Source: Mytilus californianus (lineage: Eukaryota). Taken from it: a stretch of DNA of 64,000 nucleotides. Of this stretch, positions 24,995 to 36,400 are shown one piece after another. Numbering within the stretch: the first letter of the stretch is position 1; every line of letters starts with the position of its first letter. The notes below the pieces were generated by a model, which saw nothing but the letters and a program-made list of their open reading frames with translations, made no database searches and was not told the DNA's origin. The stretch covers positions 115,382,001-115,446,000 of the forward strand of contig NW_026262581.1 in the NCBI RefSeq assembly GCF_021869535.1, given 5' to 3'. The position numbers were made by a program, and so were the translations under genes.

Positions 24995-27900
24995 ACTAAT
25001 CTTTATTTACCAAAGTCATAACAGCTATAGACATACAACATATAAACTACACACAGTATACATAGATAGCAGAAGGTAGTGTGAAACATATTACAACATG
25101 TTAGATCTTAATTTTTGTGCACGAAATATAAATTTACCCAAATTACATAATTCTCTAAGATTATTAGAACTCATTAATTGTATATATTTATACATAGAAG
25201 GTTTTCTCCAATAATAAGGTTTGATAAAATAAGATCTAAGACCTTGATAAGTGGGACATTTTAAATGAAATGCATCTCATCTTCAATGTCATTTTTACAA
25301 AAACTACATAGTCTATTATTTCTTGGAATTTTGGTAATACAAATCTTATAAATAACTGGTATTGGTTTACATAAGTAATATTGTAAACAAAAATTTTGAA
25401 CCATATATCTATAACTTGAACATTTATCTAAGTTATTCAATTGGCTGTCAAAATCTTGCTTCAGACAATCAAACAGGCGTTGTTTAATTATCAAGTAAAA
25501 AGTACTGGAGAGCTTACTATCAAAAACTAAACCTTGATTATACCAAATATCACCTAAACCTATAGTAAAAAGTACCGGAGAGCTTACTATCAAAAACTAA
25601 ACCTTGATTATACCAAATATCACCTAAACCTATAGTAAAAAGTACCGGGGAGCTTACTATCAAAAACTAAACCGTGATTATACCAAATATCACCTAAACC
25701 TATAGTAAAAAGTACCGGAGAGCTTACTATCAAAAACTAAACCGTGATTATACCAAATATCACCTAAACCTATACTAAGCAACTCATGTTTAATAAAATA
25801 CAACCAATTTGTCTTATTATTTGGACATTTTTGTAAATCATCATATAAAAAACAGTAACAGTTTTTCAAAATACAGTTTGTGGTACATAACAGCTTAAAC
25901 CAGTATTTAAAAATTCTACATTTTCTGGTGTGCAATAATGGCAATCTACCTAGCTCATAGTACACCATGACATTACTAGTAGAGCTTTTCACTTTTATAA
26001 TATTTTTACAATAGCTCAGATGTATCCTCTCTATAGCTGGTGCCTTATGAGCACCCCAAATTTCACAACCATAACAAAGTACACTGTTAATATAAGTATC
26101 AAAAAGTGAAAGTAAAGTTACAAAATTCAAATAAATATCTTTTATATTTCTCCTTAAGGCAAAAACAGCTTTTCTACCCTGTTCTGATAGTTTCTGCTGT
26201 AACAGATTATATTTACCATTAAAATTTAACAAAATACCAAGATAACTTTAACGTATCTACAACTTCTATTTCCTGGTTATTATAATACCATTTTTCATTA
26301 TCATGTATTTTACCACCCTTTCTAAAAACAACAATTTTCGTTTTTGCTATATTAACACTAAGTGACCATTTGGAGGTATAATCATACAAAGTATCAAGTA
26401 ACGTTTGTAAACCAGATACAGATTCTGAAAAAATTACCATATCGTCAGCGTACATTAATAAAAATAAATTTAGTTCCTTCACCTCATAAGGAATAGAGTC
26501 ACTATTTATAAAGGCCATTTCACAATCGTTGACATACATTGAAAAAAAATATAGGTTTATAATACTTCACCTTGCATCAGACCTACTTCATTGGTAAAAT
26601 AATCAGAATTGAACTGATCAAGCACATTACCCTTCTTGAATATAGGTATAAGAATGGCTTTAGCCCAATCAGTAGGAAAAATTCCGTTAAAAATGTACAG
26701 TAATACAGACATAAACACATCCTTGTGTTCAATAAAATATTCGTTAAGAATTCCATCAACTCCATGACTTTTATCTCGTTTGAGGTTACGAATAGTTTTC
26801 AAAATGTCATTTTCTGTAATTTCTCTATCAAGTTCCTCATAGACGCATTCACCACTAGTATTATGGAATAAGCTGTCGTCAAATACAGCATCTGTGTCTG
26901 ATGAGCACAATGACTTAAAATGTTCATGAAACAACTTTAATGGTACAGCATGTTTAGAAGACGCTTTCCTTTTACATTTCTTGTAAAATAATTTAGGGTT
27001 TGTCAGTCTCATCATGTCCAACATGTTTCCTTCAGTACGCATATATTCACGTTTCAAGCGCGTTCTAGTGTTTTATAATCCCTTTTCCCTCGGATTAAAT
27101 TACTATGATTTAGATGCGATTTTAATCTGTTAAAAATATTCAAACAGTTTATATTGCGACGATAAAGGTCTTTACGCTGGACGGTGAACCAAGGTTTATC
27201 ATCACAAATGTTAGATCTGCAAGATTTATAATTGTTTGTCCTCTTTTTAAAAAAATGGTGCCATAATGTCATTCAACGTATTAGTGAATTCGGCCAACGA
27301 ATTGTCGAGTAATTGCTGACCATCAAAGTCAATCCGTTCACGACACAAATTTATCTTGTCCATATTACTAAGTAAACAATCTCTACATTGTTCTTTTAAT
27401 TCATCATTCCATTTAAATTTATCCTGCGACAGTTTCTTTCCGTTTTCACCATCCGGAAACCGTTTCGAATTCCGTTCCTTACACAGTAATGAAAGTTGTA
27501 TATGTAGAAAAGCGTGGTCGGAAAAATTTGTAAAATTAGACACAATAAGTTGACGCACTATCGGGAAAAGTGACACTGGGACTAATAGGTAGTCTATAAC
27601 GCTCATTCAATTCGTACCACAAAATGTAAAATCATTCGCAAGACCATTTTTATGCCGGCCAGTCAATATTCTCAAACCTGAGGCTTTACATAACGAGATA
27701 AGTTTTGGACCATAGCAGTTTGTATTGTTGTCAGGATTATTTCTTACATTGAGTTCTATGTCAGCAGAATAATCAAAAATATCATCTAGTCTATTCCTTA
27801 TAGTAGTATGAATACTATCGTTACTCACAAAATCATCTATTGCCCCATTTCGACTATTTGTATCGCCCAGGAGTATAACATCACCAAGTGAAGAGTAAAA

Positions 27901-29500
27901 CTCAATACTATTTTCTAAATAAATCGCAATTATAAAGTTTATAAAAATTTTGATCTAACAGGGGGTATATATATAAACGCAGGCAATAAATAAGTTTTTA
28001 TCATTTGTAACAATATCCTTTTCAATATTCAACCATATAATTGTGTCATGAATACATTTTTCAATTGAAATTTTATTAGAAAAACTCTTTTATTAAAATT
28101 ACAATACCTCCGCCTTGAGTAGATTTAGACTTTCGTCTAGCATACAAAAACATTCATAACCAGGAATAGTAATATTAAAATCATTTGTTAACCAACATTC
28201 TGTAAGAAAAACTATATCATATGTGCAAATAAAATTCAAAAATGCAATGTCATCAAGTTTATTTTGAATACCACCATTCACATTCCAAGAAATGACTTTT
28301 AAGTTGTCACAGTTTGTAGAATTAGGCACAGAGACTTCAACGCTATCCTAGTCTTCTTTGGTAGTAACCTGCTTCTCGTCAGTTTGATGAGTTGTCTTGT
28401 CAGTACAGAGATCTACATCGATCTTCTCATACGGTATTTGAGTTTCTATTTTCGGTATGTATTGCTTGTGCTTAATCTGATCGAAAAGCTCGTTATTTAT
28501 ATACAGTTTGTCTCTGATCATCACTGCTTTAGCTTTTTGAGTACGAGCTTCTCTTTGAATTGGGAGCAATTGTTTCCTTTTAGCGAGCACATCTGGCGTA
28601 TACTGTACACTGAGACCGAACGGAGAGCCCTTCAATTTGTAAGCGGACGACTCCACTACCTCACGCTGTTTAAAATTGTCAAAAGTTGCAATTATCGGCC
28701 TTGGCTTGTATTTGCTTTCATACGACGAACGCTGCGGAAATTGACATTTCTTTTAACCCCCAATTCATCGCGAACGAAACCACTCAACAGATTTTGGACA
28801 TCCTCACCTGGCATATCCACAATACCGTAGAATATTAAATTGTTTTTTGTAGCTTCATATTGCAAATCAGACACGGTTGATTTTAACTCGTTGTTTTGTT
28901 TATGTATTTCAGCTATTTCTTTCTTTAATTTCGACCCCTTTCTTGGACTGCTAGAACCCCCAGATACCTGCGCAATCCACAAATTATCCTTTTCTGCATT
29001 TAATTCGTCAAGTTTGATATTAAAATTGTCACACGTATTATTAAATCAGAAACTTGAGAAGTGAGTTTTTTAACTTCAAATTCGGTTGTTTTTACCCTGG
29101 GGAATAAACTATCAACTGCCTCACAAAGTCCGTCAAATTTTTCCAATTTTGTATCCATGCTTTCAAGTTTGCTCAATCTAGAATCAATAGAACTGATGCT
29201 GTGCATTATATGACTGAGAATACTACTTTCCGCAACGGGCGAAGTGTATTGTCTAAATTGTGTCGGTAGGGATCCAGGAAAAGGGGGAGGGTACGGATAC
29301 GGATATGGTGTGCTGCTTTGCTGTTTTTGGTTTTGCTTAATATTTTCAGGTGTCATCTGAGCTGACATATTTTCTTGTTCACTATAAACGACTGAAGTAC
29401 TAGCATTTTGTTGTTTATTTTGTTTTTTATTGGATTTCTTGTGTGGCTGTTTTGAATTTGAATCGAACGAAGAATCAGTATTCGGTGACGAATCTATAAG
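24995..29500 (-). mobile_element. Decayed CR1/L2-group LINE (ORF1 ~29500-28348; ORF2 APE + RT ~28330-25091)
   Basis: ORF1 fragments: coiled coil SIDSRLSKLESMDTKLEK, KNNLIFYGI, FGLSVQYTPDVLAKRKQL...RDKLYINNELF. APE motifs: KVISWNVNG...DIVFLTECWL, SVIDYLLV...SDH. RT motifs: GLMQGEVL, LLMYADDMVIFS, NIAKTK. C-terminal CSFC...EDEMHF. There are many frameshifts and stops; a minus-strand AATAAA lies near 25002. Confidence 0.93.
25494..25773. repeat. 4 x 70-bp tandem repeat inside LINE ORF2
   Basis: AGTAAAAAGTAC recurs at 25494, 25564, 25634 and 25704, with near-identical units. Confidence 0.95.
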
Positions 29501-31869
29501 CTTGCTTACCCAACCCCCTTTCTCCCCCCAAAACAACTTGAATACGTGGGGAGGTAATGACCAAAAGGAAAATAAAGAATATCGCCAAATCCATCTTGGA
29601 TCAACTTTGCCCAAGGGAGTTTGAAACTTAGTTTTAAAAAAATCTAAATTTTATCAACTGCTATTTAAGAAAGGTGTAAACCTTAAAAGGTATAGCAATG
29701 ATGTATAGCTACTTGAATACTTGAGAGCTGATGCCCAAAAGGGAACAAAAGGGAACATAATAAAGGATAGCAAAATCCATCTAAGGTCAACTTTGCTTTA
29801 GGTCGGCATGAAATTCACTCTTTGTATGGTTTCCTCATATCATACTACTAGTATCGCCATGTTACAATAAGAAAAGTTTTACACGATTGTATTTCAACAA
29901 TGAGAAGATTACGTTTAATTAGTACAAGATAACAAACTGCGAGAATTAAGCAAGGATTCTCAACTAGAAAAGTCCAGCAACACCTTATTGTGACGATTAG
30001 CAAATTTAAATTCCACAAACCACCTATGATACCCCTTATTTCTATTCAAGCTACCGTCATAAAAGATGTTTTAAAAGATGTCAAGAAGTACATATGATAA
30101 TTTAAACTGCTTTATTCTATTTTCGGTTTCCTGAGAAGAACGCCAATCAACAAGAATACCTAAAGAGAATACTTCCTTTGAAACTAGTGGTCAGCCAACG
30201 ATTATGAATTACGGACAATTTTGTATCATTAATTCTATATGGAGGAAAAATTATATCTTTCGAGTAATAAAAAGCAATAGTGCTGCAACTTAATAAAGGA
30301 CGTTTATATTAATTTAATATACTAGTCAAGTGGATGCATTTTCTCTTTGCTTCATCTGCAGCTCAATCAGCCACAATTCCTTTTGATAATGATTTATGAA
30401 TATGCGTCTGACAATTGTTTAGAGAATTCATATAACAAATACTTATCCCATCGAAAAACACCAATTAGATGATATTACATCATCGAGCGTGAAAGATTTG
30501 CTTTCATTTTGTCATGACTATTGAAAATAAATGACTACAAATATACAATCCCGTTGTAGTAATGGTTAAGCTGGACGGAAGTGTCAGGTTAATATCCTCG
30601 TTTATCCACCTGCCATAAGATGTCTGCAGTAAGTTAGGGTAATATTTATCAGTAGATTACACTGAACAAATATAGTGTTGTGTACAGTATGGCTACTTGT
30701 AACTACTACTGTTGGATTGCATACAGTGTACTGTGGGTGAATGTCCGATGACCTTACCTGTGTTGGAAAGGGACCAGCATTTCAATGTCTAAACTAACTC
30801 GAATGTTAAAGGGCGTGATCTGGCCGTAGACTCTTTCGTGGCCTAGGCCGTTTATTGCCCCTTCGAAGTTTGTCCACACGGATAAAAGTCAAAGAAAATG
30901 ACATGCACTTTCTTAAAAGGTAAACTTGTATGCTTCTTAAAAATATACACAAGTCGAATAGGTTTTCATCGAAAATACTATTTATAGTTTGTGCAGTATA
31001 AAAATTACAATTTTAGCATCTTTTCACAATTGTCTGTTATTTCTGTTAATGTAATCAACGCATGACCGATGCATACTATTAGTTACATAGTGTGCTAGTG
31101 ACCTAATACGATACATATGGGGTCAGTAAATTCCGAAAGTGTTACAGCATCTGGTAATTTGAGATAATGAAACTTTTCCTATTTTATCAAAACTTATTGC
31201 TCTTTTTAGAACAAGAGAAAAGATAAAATATTTATTTATTACTTCTATGCAAATCAGATGTAATCCTCTCATATATCATCGGGGGCAACGCCCCTCAGAT
31301 ATGAGAAGCTTACATCTAAAACTTACAGAAAACTAGAAAAAAATCCATATTTCACTAATTGCTTAGTTATAAGTGTTATTTCTTTATCAAGCTACTTCTG
31401 TTTACACACTGACAGATGAATTACAGAGGTCCGATATCTTTTTTGTTCTCAAGACTAATCAGAGTTATCTATCTTTTTACGCTTGACGGTAGACAACACA
31501 TAATTTATAAATTTCAGCAAATACCTATTTTTTTTCAAATTAAAAATAAACACAAAAAGAGTATTGCAAAGCCTCACTGAATAATTTTTGTAGCTTAGAT
31601 CCATAAAATAGTTTATTGGATTTGGAATTGAGAAAACATTTGTTACAGGGAATCTGGTTTTAACAGAAACAAATACATGATAGATGCAGAACTCTACTAG
31701 ATAGTTGGGTGAAACAAGTTTTGGTGAATTTCAGTTGCAAAACAGGAGAATCAAATTTAAAGATAATCTCTAAAGGTTTCTCACTGTCACTGAAGAGACA
31801 AACACGGGATGAAAAAATGTTGATTTTAGTTTTACTGTATATATTCTTTTCTGTGGTTTGTTCGGAATG

Positions 31870-32490
31870 AAAAAAAAAGTCAAAAGGTAACAAAGAGACA
31901 ATCCAAATTCATAGGTCCAAAAGAAACCGACAACACCATTGCAAAACCGAAATACGACGAGAAGACATACACCAATTCTCAAAACACTACATAGAAAAAC
32001 AAAAGACTCAGCAACACGAAGCCAACCAAATGGCAGAGGTGATCTCATGTGCTACAGAAGGGTAAACAGATTCTGCTCCACATTTGCCATCCGTCATGTT
32101 TCTCATCGTTAGTACACATTTGGTGATAAGTCTCATTCGGTGATGTCACAATCGTGTAAAATTTAGAAGACAGGATTGTGGCTACAATTGAAACATATCC
32201 GTGGTCATCTGTGATACAGATACCCCATAACGGCCAACCAACATATAGCGTCCGTAAAACTTTCAAATAGATGATCTCAACTTTAACGCATAGAACACAT
32301 GGTTCAATAGTTTTTTTTGTAAGCAGCAACCCTTTATCAATGGAGTCATTGTAGGAAAAGCAAGCTATCGAATATCGCATCAATTGAGAGATAAATAATC
32401 CATGTGCAGGCTTGTTAGAATTTTTGTCACTTAGAAATTGAAAATTAATAATTGAGAGCTGACCTACCCTCATTATCAATTTCTAGAGTC
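31870..32490 (-). mobile_element. Penelope-like RT C-terminus plus 3' non-coding tail
   Basis: Encodes NFQFLS...PAHGLFISQLMRYSIAC...DKGLLLTKK, followed by the GGAGCAGAATCTGTTTACCCTTC...GAGATCACC tail shared with copies at 42520, 44450, 51890 and 56480. Confidence 0.8.
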
Positions 32491-33411
32491 AAGAGAAGTG
32501 GATTGCAGGTATAACAATCTAATGACAATCTCCAAGTATGACTCCGACTAAAATCTTATTTTCGAAAATCTGAAACCATAATATTATACAGCATAGGCAT
32601 TTGTCTGATTTATTTTTACCTATATACCATTATATAACCTGAGGATACCTCCGTTTTTATTTGAGTTCGTGTTGTATAATTTTTAGTGACTGTTGTTTGT
32701 TGGTTCTTGGAATTCGTCATTGCATATTCTCATTTGTAATAACAGAATCTTGATATTTAATTATTTCTTTTTAATTACGAATATAACTAATTTCGAGGTC
32801 TCTTAAAACTTCACTTTGCATGTACACAGTCAGGAATCTTAAGAGTGGGACTTGTAGATATGTGTTTTTAAGTATCGTTTATAATAGAATAGCTTGATCA
32901 TTACTCATATTAAAGAATACAATATGTTCAAGTCGGGAATAGTAACTAACACTAAATACCGTGCATTGCTTCATGAATGTTTATATCTTACAGCAAATAA
33001 CGGATGCCATCAAAGTTTATGTACTATCTTTGATTAAACTTTTAAAGGAAGGATTGTTTTATCTCTGAAAGAGCCTGATTCTACCTTTAAACAGAAAACA
33101 CAAAGCCTCACAAAATATCGACCATAAAATTTTAATGAGCAATTACAGGAACAATAGGAAGTTCTGGAAATTGGAAATTACCACAAATATTGTTGGCAGA
33201 GATTTACCATGCTGGCAACGGTTCATGTTTAGGGAAACACATAAGATATCTGGAATTCTAAATTAAATAAAGATATGAAGTATTTACATAGCTGTCCGTT
33301 TAAAGAATCTTGTTCATTTCATTTGAGAACCGACAGGTGTTTACAAAGATAAACAATATCTTCCACATCTCGATTGTTTACACATGTTCTTCACGTAAAA
33401 TATTAAACAAA

Positions 33412-33440
33412 ATGGAATCCAGCGTTGATGTCGTGGACAG
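33412..33440 (+). CDS. Roc-COR gene putative exon 1 (MESSVDVVD + AG)
   Basis: ATG in AAAATGG context; strong donor AG|GTAAGT; phase 2 fits the next exon. The frame is open upstream to a possible acceptor at 33336, so the true start could lie further 5'. Confidence 0.65.
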
Positions 33441-36400
33441 GTAAGTTATTTTGTTTGTATGATAATTATGACTAACAAATGGTCGAAGATGATGTAATCC
33501 AAGGAAAAAATGCTATGAATTGCTTTACTAATTAAAAAAAAACTTTGTTATAATCTTATTGTATGCAAATTATGTAAAGGTGACTGATGGATTATCTGTT
33601 ATATCGATATTACCCCCAACCCTTTTAATATTTCTTTACACCCTATAATGTAAAGCACAGTTTCATTGGTGAGTATATGGAAAAATTACGGAGACAAAAT
33701 ATCACCTCACATTCAAAAGTCAACACCAAAAATCATTTTGAGATGTAGAAAAACTTTAGTGGCGATATATTTTAGAATGATCATCAGAGGTTGTCGTCTG
33801 TCATATTTGTTTTTGGTTAATTATTTTGTTATAAATTTGGCCGTTAGTTTTCTCAGTTGAATTGTTCCATATTTTTTTCATGTCGGGGTCTTTTATAGCC
33901 GACTATACGGTATGGGATTTTCTCATTCTTGAGGGCCGAACGGTTGCCTATAAATGTTTACATCCACTTTATTTGAACTTTGTCCTCTTCTCCTTATTTC
34001 TTTATATATGGAAAAATTGCGTAGACGAAATATAACATCAAAAGTCAACACCTAAAATCACGACATATTTGAAGATCTACGCCAATAGACAGTTTGCAGT
34101 TTAATTGATAAAAACGATATTTACCTTAATAAACAAAATTCACTATGACAATGATCACTGTTTAAAAATTATTATTGTGCGTTTAAGAACAAACACTTAG
34201 AACGAAATGCCATATTCGCGTATTACATATTAAAATGAATATTAAACATGTTTAAATATGTCTTATTCGCACAGTTTGCAGGGTAAACTCTTTTGAAAAT
34301 TTCTGAGGGTAAAATAATATCTGCTACATATTATAAAGCTAGTTTAGAATTTTTTATCGAAATGTTGACATAATCTACTATTTCTTGCTGAAAGCATGTG
34401 TTTTTGCTATATTGCGTCATTATCTTGTTTTCTTAATTTTCTAAATGTAATAAAAGATGTATTATAAGAAAACAGAAAATGTGCCAAAACTTAATTCAAG
34501 GGAACAAACATATGCTGTCTAAGGCAAATGTTATTTCAAAGTTACATATTCCCACAACTGTATGATTAGAGATTTCGATTGATAGATGGATAGGTGTTTA
34601 ACGTCCAGTGGCAACTACGTCATGCCAATGTTATTATGTACACGAAAATTGCTTTGTATCTGACCGATACCACGGGTCGGATGTTTTACCTTGCTAGTTC
34701 ACATGATTAACATCTGCAGGAAGACATGTTCCTACCCGGATGAATTATTCTGACTCCGAAAAGATAAGTCTTTCCTCTTATTTCTAAATTTGGTGCAACT
34801 CAAAACCATAAGTCGAAGAAAAATAGACAACACTACCCCCCAAAACGATGAAAAACTAGACAACACTATGCCCCAAAACGATAAAAAAAAATAGACAACA
34901 CTATGCCCCAAAACGATGAAAAAACAAACAGCAGTTCAAAAAAATACACGACAAAGAAAACTGATGATTGAGCAATAAAAACGGTCAACTCAGGTACTCC
35001 AGATCCATTTCATTTGACACTCGCCGTGTTACTCTTGTAAAATGTAAAACATAACATACTTAAGTAAGTAAGTAATGACTTTATTTAAAGAGAGTGACTC
35101 AATTAGCATTCACTAATCTACCTTGAGGCCCTCACTAAGAACAAACAGTACAAAGCTTACAATTTTGAACATATTATGTAGATGCAATATTCACGCTAAC
35201 TATACATTGTCGTCTGTAGAACAAGAGAAAATTAAATTCATATATATATATACATAAAATACAAAATCATTAGAATATATGAGTGAGTTGTTATAAATCA
35301 TTTACAGTCAAGAAATCTACACATCGTTGTTTAAAAGTGTCCAGGATTTCACAACATTTTATTTCATTTGGTAGTTTATTCCAAAATATTGAGGAGCTAT
35401 ATGTGAAAGATTACTTCATTGAATTTGTGTTCGGTCGCACAACAGCTAAATTATCATTTGCAGATAACCTTAGATTTCTACTATGTAGGTTAACAATTGG
35501 ACAACAGAGATCACACGACAAAGAAAACTGATGATTGAGCAATAAAAACGGTCAACTCAGGTACTCCAGATCCATTTCATTTGACACTCGCCGTGTTACT
35601 CTTGTAAAATGTAAAACATAACATACTTAATTAAGTAATCAGGTGCTTTATCGTTGAGAATTTTATGAACAAGAATAAGTTTATGATATGAAATTTTAGA
35701 TTTGAAATTTAACCATAGCTCTTTGAATAAATTTTTACTAGGCATCAAGTAAAAACTTGCCTGACTCGTGTACTAATCTTGATGCAAACTTTCTCAGTCA
35801 AGTACAGCTCAAGTACAGCTCACAGCTTAGTAAATATGAAGCTAAATAGTACATTGCTTTGAAATGTATGCACTTTGACTCAATTTGTTTTTACTAATAT
35901 TAATTAAATTTAATGGCGTCAGCTGTTGGTTTTATTGTCACATATTGCAAGATTTTCGCGATAAATAAATAATAAATAATAAAATTTGGTACGCTATTTT
36001 TTCTTTTTTTTAATTCAGGTTGAATGTTTTCGTGTTTGGTGGAACATTTTCTGAAAGACAAGATTTAATCCGAGTAACCTTAAGTGAATACGATAAAGGT
36101 CATATAAGTACATCCTCCAACTCAAAGGACAAAAATGATACAACTGTGTTTGTTGATGAGGAGGTTGAAATTTATACATTACCTGGTAAGGATATTATCT
36201 ATTAGAAAACCATTATCATTTTACTTTATATCAAACTTGGCGGAGAAGGTCATTTCAAAGTAGTATTCCAATTTCCTCTTTTGATTACAAACCTTACCTT
36301 ATTATATTCAAAGGTCAAAATTCTCTCTTAATATAAAAATAACAAGATGTGGTATGATTGCCAATGAGACAACTTAACAATGAAATAAATATTTTATCTC

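Noticed and set aside
28384-29624. Plus-strand ORFs of 148, 74 and 64 aa
   Set aside because: They are antisense shadows of LINE ORF1.
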